Source: Lama guanicoe
Lineage: Eukaryota
Length of the DNA: 64,000 bases
NCBI GenBank assembly: GCA_013239625.1
Contig: MU053376.1
Span: 334,833 to 398,832, forward strand
Direction of reading: 5' to 3'
Every line of letters begins with the position of its first letter. Within the stretch, counting starts at the first letter, position 1. The translations under genes were made by a program, and so were the position numbers. The notes under the pieces are model-generated. The model was not told the DNA's origin and made no database searches. It worked only from the letters and a program-made list of their open reading frames with translations. Positions 49,822 through 62,893 of the stretch are shown piece by piece.

Positions 49822-50764
49822 TTACGGGGTATAAGGAGATGGAAGGCTTGTATGTGTGTCTCCATCACCTTATCTGCAATCCACCTTCTTCTGAGCTTTT
49901 CTTTCTCCTTGGGAGATTGGTTGGAAAGATAGTGGACTTGAGCCCAGACCTGACCAGCCCGGAATGAAGAGTCCCAATTAACAGACAGGAAGCGTGATGT
50001 TTACAACTTTCCCAACTGGTCATGGTGATCTTAACTCAAGCTCAGCACTGAGGCAGCCGACTTAAGGGTCCCTTCCCGACCGTGCTCAGAATTCTTCTGC
50101 CCTTCTCTCTGCCCCCAACACAACTCCCATTTCCAGTGTTCTTGGTAACAGCTAAATGCTAATCTAATTAAAATCTCTTCACACCGAGGAAGAGCTGAGG
50201 CAGCTTAACACTTCTAGGGGGGTGTTCTACACTTGAAAATCAGACACATCTCTAGTCAGTAAAATGTGTTAGAGATATTTTCAAGTCTAAAGCAGGAGGG
50301 GAGGGAGTACGGTGTTGGATCCACCTTATGTTATGTGGTCAATATCTGCCCCCTTATCTGTCTTTCCAGTAAAAATATATGGACGCCTTTCATCCTCTAA
50401 ATCCTCTCTGTGAGGTTTACAGAATTCCCAAGAACTTAAGAAGACTCAACAGCAGAGGGCAACAGTGGTCACAGCCACGTAGGAACGTACAAAGCTGGGA
50501 ATGAGGAAGGCTTCCCAGATGGAGAATGCACGCCCCTCCTGCCTCCCTCTGCAAATTTCCACCCAGCCTTCGAGGACCTTCCCTGAGTCCCACACCTTTC
50601 CCAGAGCTTCCCAGCTCACACTGACTCCTCCCACACGGAGCTTTACAGGCACCACCATTCACTCAGTGCTCACTGAGGCTTCTCACTTTCCCAGAGTCCA
50701 GGGACCTTATCTCCCTGTAGCTTCTTGGCTGTCGGGCAGGCTTACTTCAAAACTAGCTACACAT

Positions 50765-50881
50765 GGGGTAGAGAGGATTTTAGCTCAAGTGGTAGAGCAC
50801 ACGGGGTTCAACCCCCAGTACCTCCTCTAAAAATAACGAAATAAATAAACTTAATTACCTCCCCCTACAAAAAGGGAGGGA
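50765..50881 (+). mobile_element. vic-1-type SINE, internally deleted
   Basis: TAGCTCAAGTGGTAGAGCAC..GGTTCAACCCCCAGTACCTCC. TSD AAAACTAGCT(A/G)CACA at 50749 and 50882. Confidence 0.8.
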
Positions 50882-52472
50882 AAAACTAGCTGCACACAGA
50901 AATCCCCCAGATTTCCCAGCTCCTTCTTAGATTAAACTAGATGACTAATCCCTAGAAAGTTGAGAATGGAACGTTTGTAAGGAAATCACAGAATGTACCT
51001 TCTGGGAGAAAAAGACTATTTGCATGACAGGGAAATAGACGATGAAGAGAACCCACTCAGCCAGGAGTACGACCCACCGGCTCCCAGCCCTGACCATCTC
51101 CATCAGCCTGTCTTCCTGCCGCAGACAGTCTTTCTACCTGAAACGCATCCTACTGACACACAAAGCAGCTGTGTGCGTACCTGTACTGTCACAGAATAAG
51201 TGACTGAGGTCTGTCACCTAAGTGATGCGGGGTGTTAGCTGCTTACTGGCCCGAAGTCTCGCTGCTCAGAGGGAGCTCTCCTGACTCAAGGGGTTCCACT
51301 TGTAGGACAAGAGTGCTCTTTGCTGAGCAGGTGGCCCAGACGCAAATATCTCTAGCTCTTTCCTCCTTAGTCATCATAAGAAACTACCTGCATATTCGAG
51401 CAGAAAGGCTAGAAAAGCTGGGAGCTACCTTCAAAAGGCTGATGTTAAACCTCGGGACACAGAATTGGCTTCTCTGTGTGTGTATTCTTGCACATTTTCC
51501 TGTAATATCTATTATGATTCTTTATTATATTGACAAAGAGTAATCCTAATTCCGGTACCAAGACCAGGGTCTCTGTAGGGTGGCTGTTCACTATCCGAAA
51601 AATACACGTTAGTATAAATAGGATACGGGGTAGGGGAGGCTGTGAGCGATCACTGTCACTCCTCTCCAAGGGCAGAAGACCTTCAAATGTGTAACATAGA
51701 GGAGGTGGGTTTTGAAGGATGGGGAAGGGAAGAAAGGACTTTCCAGGAAAGGGGAGTACTGCTGTCTAAAGGTGTGGAGTAAATGCAAGGCGCTCCCTGA
51801 GCTGGGGTGTAAGTATCACAAGCTGGGGAGGTGCCTGGGATGAGACCACAGAGGGTTTGTGTGCAGCGTAGTGGGTGTCGGGCTCATCTTTTAGGACAGA
51901 GGGAGCCTTTGAAGAATTGAGAGCAAAGGAATGCCATGAGTGGTCTGCACTTTATTTTAAAAGACTCTGAAATCAAGCAGAGGATGGTAAGGGAAGGAGA
52001 GGCATTCCAGTGGTTCAGACTGGGACAGAGCGCAAGCGGCTGAAAGAAATGGTAAGAAGAGGCCAGTCTCAAGAGCTATGTGGGGAACAGAATCAGCAGG
52101 GCTGGGACAGCAGAGGTGAGGCAGAAGGAAACATCAAGAAGACTCGTGGCTCTGTCCCGGGTGATCGAGAGAGTCACACCACTCGCGGACAGGGAACACA
52201 GCAAAAGCCGGTTTCAAGAGGGGAGGGAGAGACAGAAAGCTTGGTTCTGCTGATACTGGGTTTGAGGTACAGGTGAAACACACAAGCAGAGAGGTCCAGC
52301 CATCAGGTGGCGATGGAGGATGCAGCTGGAGGGGGGAAAGAGGCAAGTGGGTGGTGCAGTAATAAGAGAGGACCAGCTGGCACAAGAAGAGCACAAAGGG
52401 CCAGGAATTAAACCCTGTGGAACGCAGACATTTATGGCCACGGAAGATCCTCTAAACAACATTCTGATTATA

Positions 52473-52620
52473 CTTTATTTTTATTTTATTTATTTTTTGA
52501 AGGGGAGAGGTAATTAGGTTTATTTATTGATTTACTTACTTTTTTAATGGAGGTACTGGGGATTGACCCCAGGACCTTGTGCGTGCTAAGCACATGCTCT
52601 ACCACTGAGCTACACCCTCC
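52473..52620 (-). mobile_element. vic-1-type SINE with perfect TSD
   Basis: Identical 16-nt TSD CAACATTCTGATTATA at 52457 and 52621. Confidence 0.9.
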
Positions 52621-52911
52621 CAACATTCTGATTATAATTGAGCAGTTCACCTAGGTTCTCCCTCAGGGATAAAAGGCATTGGTCAGTGTAAGTTAGTGTA
52701 CGGATCCCCTTAGGGGTTAAATTCCATAAATTAGCATTCTGGTTTATGCTCATTCTCTTAGGAGCTGGGTTACTGTGATTTACTCTCTTCCCTAAACTTC
52801 ATCAACCCAGAGACAAGAGCCGTGAAGTTGCGGCCCCGCCACAGAACACAGCGGGCCAGCAAGGCCCGCCCACCCAGCAAAGCTCCACCAGAGGAAAAAG
52901 GTCAGCTACCT

Positions 52912-53182
52912 TTTCTTTTTTGTTGTTGTTGCTTTTTTTTTTTTAATAGAGTTATAGTCAGTTCACAATGTTGTGTCAGTTTCTGGTGTACAGCACAATG
53001 CTTCAGTCATACATGAACATACATACATTCATTTTCATGTTCTTTTTCACCATGAGCTACTATAAGATCTTGAATATATTTCCCTGTGCCACACAGTATA
53101 AACTTGTTTATCTATTTTATACATACCTGGCAGTATCTGCAAATCTCGAACTCCCAGTTTATCCCTTCCCACCCCTCTCCCA
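52912..53182 (-). mobile_element. Short 5'-truncated L1 3' UTR
   Basis: Same family as 13482-14199; TSD TCAGCTACCT at 52902 and 53183. Confidence 0.85.
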
Positions 53183-53344
53183 TCAGCTACCTGTTCTATC
53201 AGCTCTGTCTCACACCTGTCCTCAGTCCTGGCTTCTGGTTACAAGCTTGCCACAAACTGGCTCCATAACGAGGGACAACTGAGTGAATCTTAATTCACAT
53301 CATGAAAAGAGGAGATGGATTAAAAAGATCTCTGAAGTCTCTCC

Positions 53345-53448
53345 GGTGGTGATGGGTACAGCTCAGTGGTAGAGTGTGTGCCTAGCATGCACAAGATCCT
53401 GGGTTCCATCCCCATTTTAAATAAATAAATAAACCCCTCTCCCTGACA

Positions 53449-53476
<28 letters not shown>
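53345..53476 (+). mobile_element. vic-1-type SINE followed by (CA)n
   Basis: GGGTACAGCTCAGTGGTAGAGTGTGTGCCTAGCATGCACAAGATCCTGGGTTCCATCCCC. Confidence 0.8.
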
Positions 53477-53479
<3 letters not shown>

Positions 53480-53863
53480 AGTATAGTTTAAAACAGTAGT
53501 CTGTTCCAACCTCTATAAAGTATCATGGGAGCCCTCTGAGGGCACAGGAGGACCTGAGAAGGACCCATGACTAAGAGGGCTACAGGCAGGTTCTCCCAAG
53601 TTGGCCCCCGTCCTCCAAACTCAAGCTGCCAGAGGAATTCAATGAAGGCTTCCCAGCTGGTAGCAGGGATCTGGTACCAGGATACGTTCTCGCTCAGCTT
53701 ACAGCAGTCATCTGACCCACCCCTAGACATCTGGGGGCAACAGTCAACCAAGAATGAGTGTTTCTTTCCTCCGGACACAGCTGAGCTGTCTTCTGGGAAC
53801 ACAGCAATGCACCAGAGTCAGGCACATCCCACCCCAGCTTCGCCCTCAACCCTTCAATCCTAC

Positions 53864-54000
53864 CTTCTCGTACTCGTCCTCCCCAGGGTTGTGTTTCTGC
53901 AGCCAGTCGGCGAGAGGCCGGTCCTTGAAGGAGCCGGTCACCCCGTGCTCCACCTGGATCTTGCGCAAGGTCTCGGAGTTGGGGATCATCTCCACCATCC
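53864..54000 (-). CDS. PIK3C2B: PIK3C2B exon (kinase hinge): (G)[45 protein letters not shown]
   Basis: CAG|GG ... AAG|GTAGGA; 137 nt. Confidence 0.96.
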
Positions 54001-54229
54001 CTGTGGCGGGGGGGCATCGGGGTCACCCTCCAGAGCAGACAGAAGGGCTCCGTCAGGAGAGGGCTACAGAGCTTTGCTGGATGCTTCCCTATAAATTAAG
54101 CTCTAGGGCGTTTGGACAAAGTCTGATGATACGGGAAAAGGATAATGGTGGAAAGGACGGTCGTTCCCCAGGTTTCATATTCCACACTGTACCCTTTGGT
54201 CTCCCCAGTTCACAGCCACCGTCCTTTTT

Positions 54230-54735
54230 GTTTTACCTTTTACTATGGGATTTTCAAATACACATAAGAATAAAGAAATGGTATCATGAACTCACACATC
54301 ACCACCACTCAGTCTCAAAAGTTATCAACACTTTGCTATCTGGTCTCATCTATTTCACTCACCGAATCCTACTTCCTGCCCACCCCTCTGGAGTATTTTT
54401 AAGTAAATCCCATACATGTCATTTTACTCATGAGTATTTCAAGTGTAACTAACAAGGACATAACCACCCTGCCATTATCACATCCGAAAATTTAACATTC
54501 TTTAATCTAACCTGATCTAACCCAGTCTGCATGCAAATTTCCCAATTGTCTCAAAAAAAACTTTGGGTTTTTTTTTTAATGATTTTCTTTTTTTTTCCCC
54601 CTTCAAAAATATCTTTTTACAGTTGGTTTGTTTAAATCTGGACCCAGAGTCTACACAGTATGCTTGGTTGTTATGTCTCCAAGTTTGCATTATTTTATAA
54701 CAGTCTCTCCCCCCTGCCTTCTGTTTTTATGCCAT
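54230..54735 (-). mobile_element. Ancient L1ME-type fragment
   Basis: ATTTTTAAGTAAATCCCATACATGTCATTTTACTCATGAGTATTTCA..TTTTTACAGTTGGTTTGTTTAAATC. Confidence 0.6.
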
Positions 54736-54882
54736 TCCACAGCTTCGAGTGAAACTGTCCCGCCCTCTTCATTTTTCCAGAGAAGCACACAGCTCACATT
54801 GGGGAATGGGCAGAGAGGAGGTGAGCAAGGGTGCCCCCTGACGCCAGCTGCCCACTCACAGCCCTACCCACGCCCGACTGAC

Positions 54883-55012
54883 CTCTCCCCCGGCCAGTGG
54901 AGAAGCAGCGGAAAATGACCATGCGCATGTCCAGCCCCTCCTGGACCCAGATCTTGCTCATGATGCGAATCATCTGCAGGGTTAGCATGTCCTGGCGAAG
55001 GTCGTCCCCACA
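54883..55012 (-). CDS. PIK3C2B: PIK3C2B exon (kinase): [43 protein letters not shown]
   Basis: CAG|TGT ... AGAG|GTCAGT; 130 nt. Confidence 0.96.
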
Positions 55013-55819
55013 CTGGATGGAGAAGGACAGTGATCGGAACCGTCTCCACTGCCTCCCCCAGCTCCCAGGTCCCCCAGGAGGGCAACCCGGGCCCGCACTA
55101 CAGTGACAGGGGACTGCCCAGTTTTCCCAGCTGACGCCAGGTCAAACAACCAGGGGTCAGCCAGCAACCACACTGTCCCCATGCGGTGTTCCGGCTTTTC
55201 CCCCAACCCCACATCCCCATCTGAACTGAAGCCAAGTTCCTCGTCTTCATGCAGCCCTCCTGACCATCAAAGCCTTTTTTAAACTTGAACGTTTACACTT
55301 ACAACAAATATATGTTACTAAGTCACATACATGCCTTTCATTTCCCCCACTAGGTTACATGCTCTGAGACTACACTCACTCCTCAGAATCATGGACGTTA
55401 TCAGTTAGGAGGACTTCAAGGTTCATCTAAAGCCAACCTGCGCTTGAACCTGATACGTGAATTTCCTCTCCAGCAGGCCTGGCACACGGTCATTCAGCTT
55501 CTGCTTGAATATCCCCAGGACAAGCAAGTCGGCACCTCCTCCATTCTAATAAATCGGCGTAGCTCCGCTCTCTAGAAGGCACCACTGTACACTGAGCCGT
55601 CAGCTGTCTCCCTACACGTCCCAGCACTGTTCCTAGCCCTCTGGGGCCACTGGAATTAATCTATTTCCCTTTCCACCTGGTAAGTCTTTCAGACACTAAA
55701 ACGGCAGCATGGAATGGCGGGGAGAGAACTGCCCTGGGGCCGCTGTTGCCACCCGTGGGTTCCCTCCTTTCCTCCTCTCTGCCAGCGACATCCCACCAGC
55801 CTGGGAGAAGTGTCCTCAC

Positions 55820-55912
55820 CTTGAAGATGACACGGATGTTCTCGCCCAGCGGATCCACGTTCTGGAAGGAGAGCTTGAGGGGGACTGCGTTGGAGTTGAA
55901 GTAGGAGCAGTC
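55820..55912 (-). CDS. PIK3C2B: PIK3C2B exon (kinase N-lobe): DCSYFNSNAVPLKLSFQNVDPLGENIRVIFK
   Basis: CAG|GAC ... AAG|GTGAGG; 93 nt; ends at the catalytic lysine. Confidence 0.96.
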
Positions 55913-56139
55913 CTGCCACAGTAGAGGGGTAGTGACCAGGGTCAGGGTGGCCCGTGCCCAGGAAGGAGAATGGCCCCTCCACCTCCCCACCGGCTGCTGC
56001 AGGTCCACCTACCCACTGTTTCTTCCAGGCTTCTTATGAGCCCACGTTCCTTCCTTCCCTCCCTCCTGTCAAAATCCTGATTCATTCTGCCCTTGGCGTC
56101 TCACAGTCGTTTACCCCTTCAGTTCATTCTGCACACAAC

Positions 56140-56310
56140 TTACTAGTGTGACTTCTGGCAAGTCACATGTCCCATCTCTATAGTTCACTTCTCTGTAAAA
56201 TGGGGCTCACAACAGTACCGACTTCATAAGAGTTGTGAGGATGAGAGGCAATAACTGATGGAAAGCACTTAGAACAGTGCCGGACACAGAGAGTGCTGGA
56301 CAAATGACAG
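56140..56310 (+). mobile_element. MIR
   Basis: CTGTAAAATGGGG..AGAGTTGTGAGGAT..AAAGCACTTAGAACAGTGCCGGACACA. Confidence 0.75.
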
Positions 56311-56545
56311 GTGAGGGCATCACCAGCCCGGGCGCCAACCCCAACATCACCAGTAGAGCCACCTCCCCAGTCCCCAACCTCATTCCTCTGCATGGCCATC
56401 AGACCAAAGTCCAGACACATTAGCGGTAGGGAGATGCCCCACATAAGCCTCTCTTCCTCATCTCTCCCAAGAAACTGGTCAGTGAGGACCTCACTTCCAC
56501 TGAGCCCTCCCCACTCCAAGAGCCCCAAACCCACTAGCCACTCAC

Positions 56546-56653
56546 CCTGGACACGATGCCCTTAACCAGCAGACTGGGGCTGAGCGGCAGGCGGCAGGAA
56601 CCGTTGAGGGCAAAGAACTGCCCCACCTCCTCCAGGCCCGTGCGGAGGATGCC
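56546..56653 (-). CDS. PIK3C2B: PIK3C2B exon: GILRTGLEEVGQFFALNGSCRLPLSPSLLVKGIVSR
   Basis: CAG|GGC ... AGG|GTGAGT; 108 nt. Confidence 0.95.
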
Positions 56654-57423
56654 CTGGGGAGGGGATAAGGAGAGCGTGGGCGAGGTAAGGGGCCCACAAG
56701 CTCCACTCAGGGCCAGGCCTCTCCCCGGAGTGGCTGCTATGGAAACAACCAGCAGGGAGGGGTGGACAACCACCGGGAGACCATGAAGAAGGAACCACCC
56801 CACCCACACCCCAGCCGGGGGCAGTGCATGGGCAGCAGCCCAAAGAGACTGGGCGGAGGACAGAACAGCTTCAAGCAGACCTCGGTGAACTGAGAGCAGG
56901 CTGCAGGTCAAGGAGGAGATGCTGCTCTGGCTGATGCCAAAAAAAGCGAATAATCAAGACTTTGCAGTCTCCCAATTTTTAAATCTTAGCAACCAGGATC
57001 ACCACTGGCCCCGTGCAAACAGATAAAGGTGCCCCCTCTGGGTGGCAGCAGCCCTGAGCTGTGGCTCACAGCACAGTGAGCGGAGTATGATTGGATTTCA
57101 GCCCTCGCTTTGCCCCCTCTGGCTGGGTGCTCTTGTGCAGTAAACAACTCGCACAACTGTGCTTCGTCTTTAAGGTAAACAGTTAAATAAAAATGTTAAA
57201 TAAAAATGTTAATACTTTGCAGGCCAAATAAAACACATCCATAGCTGCATCCAGCTTGCAGACTGTCAGTTGGTAGCCTGTAGAGTAGAGAGTCACCTCT
57301 TTCCAGCCCCTTATTCAGATGTGGTCAAGTGCCATCACCGATGGTCAGGATGCCTGAGAAGTTAATGATTGGCTGCAGAAGCCCAGAACCGGAAACGGGT
57401 AGAGGCAGCCTCAGCCCACTCAC

Positions 57424-57604
57424 CTGCCGTGCAGACGGGGCAGCCTCCCGGACCTGCTGGGCCAGCCTGGCCAGGGTATTGACAAGCCAGCACTGGCGGT
57501 TAAACTCCTCTCTCAGGCCCTTGCCACAGCAGCACAACAAGGCAGCCAGCAGGTACTGGTAGCGGATGCTGAACTGAGAATCCTTGAGGCCATCTTTCAG
57601 CAAC
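57424..57604 (-). CDS. PIK3C2B: PIK3C2B exon (helical domain end): LLKDGLKDSQFSIRYQ...APSARQ
   Basis: TAG|G ... CAG|GTGAGT; 181 nt. Confidence 0.96.
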
Positions 57605-58060
57605 CTATGAGGCAAAGGGAGGGGGAGTCAGGGCACTCAAGGGATTGCAGGCAAGGGAGAGGCTTAGCGGTCAGATCCAGCCCCAACTCCCTGGAAAACC
57701 CATCCCAAACTTGGGAGGGAAAACAGACTCTGGAAAAAAACTTATATATAAGTGTTCACCCATATCCCAGTCTGCCCACACTGTCTTTAAGTAGAGCTCA
57801 AAGCCCTTCTGCATCTGGTTTCTCCTTGATATTTCTGCCGTGTGTGGGTAGAGGGGAGGGCCAGGGAATGACCCTCACTGTGCTACACGGGCGTGCACCA
57901 AGGCCCCTGGAGGAAAAGGTGCCGGCCCAAGGCCACGTGGAAGGTCAGCAACACGCTGGAACCCAGAGGGCTCAGCTTCCCACCCTTGCAGGCTTAGGAG
58001 TAAAATCCTCCTGAGTGGAGGACACATGGCTCCCTCCCCCATCTCTGTGCACAGTTTTAC

Positions 58061-58155
58061 CAGAAGAAGTAGTGAGTCACTCTCAAGTCGGAGACAGCTC
58101 GTTTCAGGAGGAAGCGCACCAAGGGGCTGTCCAGGTAGCACTCGTACTTTAAGGC
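58061..58155 (-). CDS. PIK3C2B: PIK3C2B exon (helical): [31 protein letters not shown](W)
   Basis: CAG|GCC ... TG|GTAAAA; 95 nt. Confidence 0.96.
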
Positions 58156-58297
58156 CTGTGCGGGAGACAGGGGACAGGAGGCTTTGTTGATGACCCGTAT
58201 CTACACCTCCCGCAATCCCTGCCCTGGACTGTAAGGGGCAGGATGCAGTGTGACTTGGGTCCATCAGAACTGGGAGGGAGGCCAGCCCTGCACCCAC

Positions 58298-58391
58298 CTG
58301 TACCAGCTGGGGCAAGTAGTCGAGCAGCTCAGCGTCGGAGAGGGAGCCGATCCACTGGACAGCCATTCGACGCACCTCCTGGTCCGGGAAG
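58298..58391 (-). CDS. PIK3C2B: PIK3C2B exon (helical): FPDQEVRRMAVQWIGSLSDAELLDYLPQLVQ
   Basis: CAG|C ... CAG|GTGGGT; 94 nt. Confidence 0.96.
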
Positions 58392-59029
58392 CTGCAAAGC
58401 AGAGCCCAGCACTCTGACAATCCGGCCGCAGGGACTGAGGCACAGACGTGAGCAAGCACCCCCACACCCAGGCTTCAGAGTCATGGATGGAGGAAACACA
58501 ATGACTCCCGAATCTGCCAAGGCCACTAGAAGAGTCCTGAGCACCTTTTCTGGATTGTAACCCTTGAGAATGGCCTTGGCCCATGTTGAGTCAGCCTGGG
58601 GCCATGCAAGCCACTCATTCCCTGTTTGAGTTAAAGAAAATGGAACAAAGCCCTCAGCCCCACTCCCAAAGATCTCTTCCTTGACTCCCACTGTGCCAGA
58701 AATTCCCACCATCAAAGAGCCCTCATTGGGTCAAAGCAGCTTCGTGTCTTGGTACCATGCTTTAATGCAAAGCTTGCCAGACGAATAACAGAGAATCACG
58801 GAATTACAGATAAGCCAATGCACCTCAGAAGAATTAGTTTAGCAGAGATTACAAAAGCTGTTGCCTCAAAAAGTCCTGAAAGTAAGACACATAGATCAGG
58901 TACATTTTAATGACTAAGAGTGGTAGAAAATAAGCCAAGAACGCTGGGCACCATCCAGGGGTCTGGGGCTGGGAGCCTGTGCCCCCAGAGGAAGCGGGGA
59001 AGAGAAGACTGCAGCCGCAGGGCTAAGTG

Positions 59030-59385
59030 GGACGGTTCAGGTTACACAGGTGGGTTCATTTGTCAGGTTGCAGCAAACGTACAGGCAAGGCTTGGGCACT
59101 TCCTTATATGTAAATTTTGCCTCAAAAGAAAAAAAAAATGTAAAGAAACGTTGAGCTCTAGTTAATGACACGCATGATAAAGTATTTAGGAAGGAGTTAT
59201 GTGACACCTCTATTGGCTTCAAAATGCAGGGGGAAAAGATGTATTGATGGATGGTACACACAGAATAAAGCAAATACAGCAAATGCTAATGGTTAGAATC
59301 TAGGTGGTGGGAATACGGATGGATGTTCACTATTACATTTTCAGTTTTGTTGTATGTTTGGAAAATGTTCATAAAATAACATGGG
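59030..59385 (+). mobile_element. Ancient L1M 3' remnants
   Basis: GCAAATGCTAATGGTTAGAATCTAGGTGGTGGG..GTATGTTTGGAAAATGTTCATAAAATAA. Confidence 0.6.
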
Positions 59386-59557
59386 GTAGGAGTGGAATAA
59401 GATAAAGAAAACTTGAAAAAGGAGAAGTGGAAAAGCCCTGAATTCCCACGCTCATTTGATCATTCTCCCCAGGGCTGGCTCAGGTCAGTGATGGGCAGTG
59501 CCAAGCCCTGGCTTCAGGGAGGACACGTGGTCAGGAAAGGCGGGTGTCACAACTCAC

Positions 59558-59746
59558 GTGGCATGCAGGAGCCCCAGGGCATCCTGGTGGTTCATGGGGG
59601 TCCACTGCTTCAGGAGAGCATAGATGTCCGGCAGGCAAGCCCACTCCCAGCTGGGGGCGCTGGCGAGCACCAGGGGGAGTGAGCTCACTTCTGAGTGGCA
59701 ATAGTATCGCTTCTCCCACAGGCGCTTTCTGTCGGCATCAGTGAGC
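59558..59746 (-). CDS. PIK3C2B: PIK3C2B exon (helical): LTDADRKRLWEKRYYCHSEVSSLPLVLASAPSW...ALGLLHA(T)
   Basis: CAG|G ... AC|GTGAGT; 189 nt. Confidence 0.96.
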
Positions 59747-60989
59747 CTGGGGGTGGGAGTGGTAGAAGGAGGGAAGAGAGAACAGAGTCAGACAGAGGGT
59801 ATGCACTTACTCTCCGAGAGAATGCTCCCCACTCCAGTTCTGTGGTTCCCAAACTTGGCAGCAATTACAGTCAACTGAGGAGATCTGTAAAATCTCTTGT
59901 CCAGGCTGCACCCAGAACCAAGGTGGTCAGAATGTCTGGGGAAGCCAGCCATTGGCATCTTTAAAAGATCCGTAAGTGACAACAATGTGTGAAGCACGGT
60001 TTGGGAACCAGGGTCCAAATCTACCTTTGATTCTGATTCCGGGACATTTCAGATTTGCTACCCCTCCTGAGGATGCCCTTAGGGTACCACTTCCAAGTAG
60101 AGCCACCAGAGGGCAGTGGTCCCCACGTCAGGGTCTGGGCGGCTGCGAGGCCTCCTGGGGCTTCCTGGGGCCAGCTGGAGGTTTTACCCGGCCTGCAGCT
60201 AATTGGGCCTTGCCTGAGATCAGGTGTCTAATGGGAGAAGGGAGCCGAGGGGGCTAATAAAGCAAGGGGTCAGCAGAGGAGTGGGGGCAGGGGAGGCCTG
60301 CAGACACGCAGCTGTATCTGCTGCCCTGGGCGGAACACGAGGGAGAGAGATGAGCCATCTCTCTCACTTCCCCCCTTCTGCCGCATGCACGGGGCCATGC
60401 AGGAGCCAGAGAGGTACCAGAGAGCAGGAAGGGGGAAGCCCAGATCCCCCCAGCTCCTCCGGCTTCTCAATCCTGGTGACAGAAGCAGCCCCAAGGATGA
60501 GATCAGCTTGGACTCGCTTACCCCTGACAGCTGCCAGCTTGCCTTGACACCTGATCCTTTTTGGAAAGTGACAGGGCCAGAGAAATGCAAAGGCTGTGGG
60601 TGTGGAAGGGGCAGGAGGTAGGGGCAGGGTGGTAAGGACAGTGGACAGCAAATAGTAGACAGCTTATCTGGGGTGTAGGGCAAAGCTCTGGGCCTCTCAG
60701 CAAGCTGAGTGTGGTCCAAGTCCCCACTGTGGGGAGGGGCATTCCCAGATCTAACATCTCACCCTGACCTCTCCTCTTTGCCTACAGTCAGTGCACAAAA
60801 GGTCTGGGGGCTGCCCCCAGCAGAGCCCTCTCTCCACCACTCCCTGCCTAGGCGGCCGCGCCCATCCCATCCCACCTCAACTCCCAAAGCAGGAGGACAG
60901 GGACCTGCCGGGAGCTAAGAGAGGTCAGCTAGAACCCGAGAGCTTTAGCGGGGGCCTGAGCCACACAGCGGGGATGCCCTGGGCCTCAC

Positions 60990-61132
60990 CAGTACAGGGA
61001 CTCCTTCTGCATGATGTTTTTAAGCACGTGTTGGTCTTCCTCCCGAAGGCTGCCAAACTCATAGCGGGGGCTGAACTTGTCTCCAGCGGGGCTGGTGAAC
61101 TTGATGTCGAAGGCCGAGGTGGGGAAGTCGAT
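60990..61132 (-). CDS. PIK3C2B: PIK3C2B exon: IDFPTSAFDIKFTSPAGDKFSPRYEFGSLREEDQHVLKNIMQKESLY(W)
   Basis: CAG|ATC ... TG|GTGAGG; 143 nt. Confidence 0.95.
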
Positions 61133-62215
61133 CTGGGAGACATCAGAGAAGGGAAGAGAAAAGACTGCCACCTGCCTGGGCCTCCAACTTCTCTCTTCCC
61201 CGCCGCCATTCCTGCCTTCCTCCCTCCCTCCCTGACCCTTTGTCTGTAAACTAACCCTATTTGACTTGGTGATCACTAACATCCCTTCCAGCTGTAACTT
61301 CCAGCAAAACACAAGAAGGAAAAAGAGAGAAAGGAAAACGGTCAAGTGAGGACGAGGCTGGGCTGAGATGCATCTAGGTGAGGCCCAGAACAACACTGAA
61401 CAGAAGCCTCATTAGCCTGAGCCACTGGGAGCCTCCAGCCAAAGCTGGGGAGCCTTCAGTGTGGTCCCGGGGGCCACATGCCAGCTGAGGGCCCTGCCAA
61501 CTCTGAAGCCTGCAACGCTGGGTCCCCTTGCTATGTTGCCATGTTCATTCTCCTTAAATAGATGTCAGGGCTCAGCTCCCAAAGGGAAATCCATCTTCCC
61601 TCATTCAACAAATGTTTATTGAGCCCTAATATGGGCCAAACATTGTTCCTGGCCTGGGCACGGAGTAGTTAACAAGACAGGTAAAAACGCCTGCCTCTCG
61701 GAGTTTCCATTCTGTGTCATTCTGCATCCCCTTTGATATTCCATATCTCACACCAGAGCATCTCATGACCACAAGAAAGGGGAGCCAGAAACCGGTAACT
61801 AGACCTTGAACCTGACCTGCTCAGTCTCCTCTCCGCAGAGAATGGGACCACCCCAGAAAAGCACTGAGTGGCTGTGGGGAGGGCTTCCCCTTGGGCCCCA
61901 AGAGAGGACGGCTCAGATTAGTAATATAAGGGTTCAGTAGAAGGGGCTCTGAGGAGCTGAGCCCTGGATGGAGAGGGTCTCAGACCCTGCCCTCAGGCTC
62001 CTTGAAGAAATCAGTTAACCCCCAGGAGATGGGACATAGATTCGACAGAACTTACCCCCCAGCTCCAGGTCTAAACGTACTCGCCCAGCTGCTTCAGCTA
62101 CATCGTCCCCCACCCAAGGTTCCGCACTTCCTCCTGCTGTCCCAGCCCAAACCTCAAGGGGAAAACTTGGAGCCAACTCTGGAGTGGTCCTGATGGGGGT
62201 GTGCTGGGGCCTCAC

Positions 62216-62327
62216 CTGCAAGATGACACTATCCGGCTGATGGAAGTTAGGAGCGCTCCAGCGGGCACTAGGGTTTTCCTGGGTTGCTGGCCATAAGCCC
62301 AGAAGCTTCCGGCCACAGGTCAGGACT
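62216..62327 (-). CDS. PIK3C2B: PIK3C2B exon (PI3K-type C2): VLTCGRKLLGLWPATQENPSARWSAPNFHQPDSVILQ
   Basis: CAG|A ... CAG|GTGAGG; 112 nt. Confidence 0.95.
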
Positions 62328-62893
62328 CTGAGGAGGATAAGAGGTGGAGTGAGCCAACAGACCCAGCAGCTCAGGAGATGGCTTTCCTCCTGCTCCCCCT
62401 CCCAAAACCCTGCCTTTCCTACATGAAACCACCACCCAATTCCTGTCTCTCTTATTCTCTCCGCAGACATTGCCTTTTCCTTCTTCCAGGTCCTATGCCA
62501 GCCCACCTGCTCCAGGAAGCCTCTCTAAGCTAACCACAGCCCAGTCTGGGCGACCTGGTGGCCGGGATGCCTTCATGAGGTGGTGAGCTGGACCAGATGA
62601 CCTGCAAGGTCATCCCAATGACAAGATTAGATGGCATTACCCAAGCACTGTATTTCCATGCCCCTCCCCACCCATCCCGTGCCACCAGTCCTGTCCAGTA
62701 GTTCACAGTTATATCAACTGTCCTGGTCACCAGTCCTGGTCTTGATCTCGCTCCCCCAGGGCTGGGGCCCTCTCAGTGAGCCCCATCCAGCCAACCCTCC
62801 CAAGGGACCCTGGCCTGTACAGCAGCCAGGCCCCTCTCTCTAGTCCCAGCTCCCTCCCGAGGCCAAGAAGAGGCTGCCCTGGGGCCCACATAC

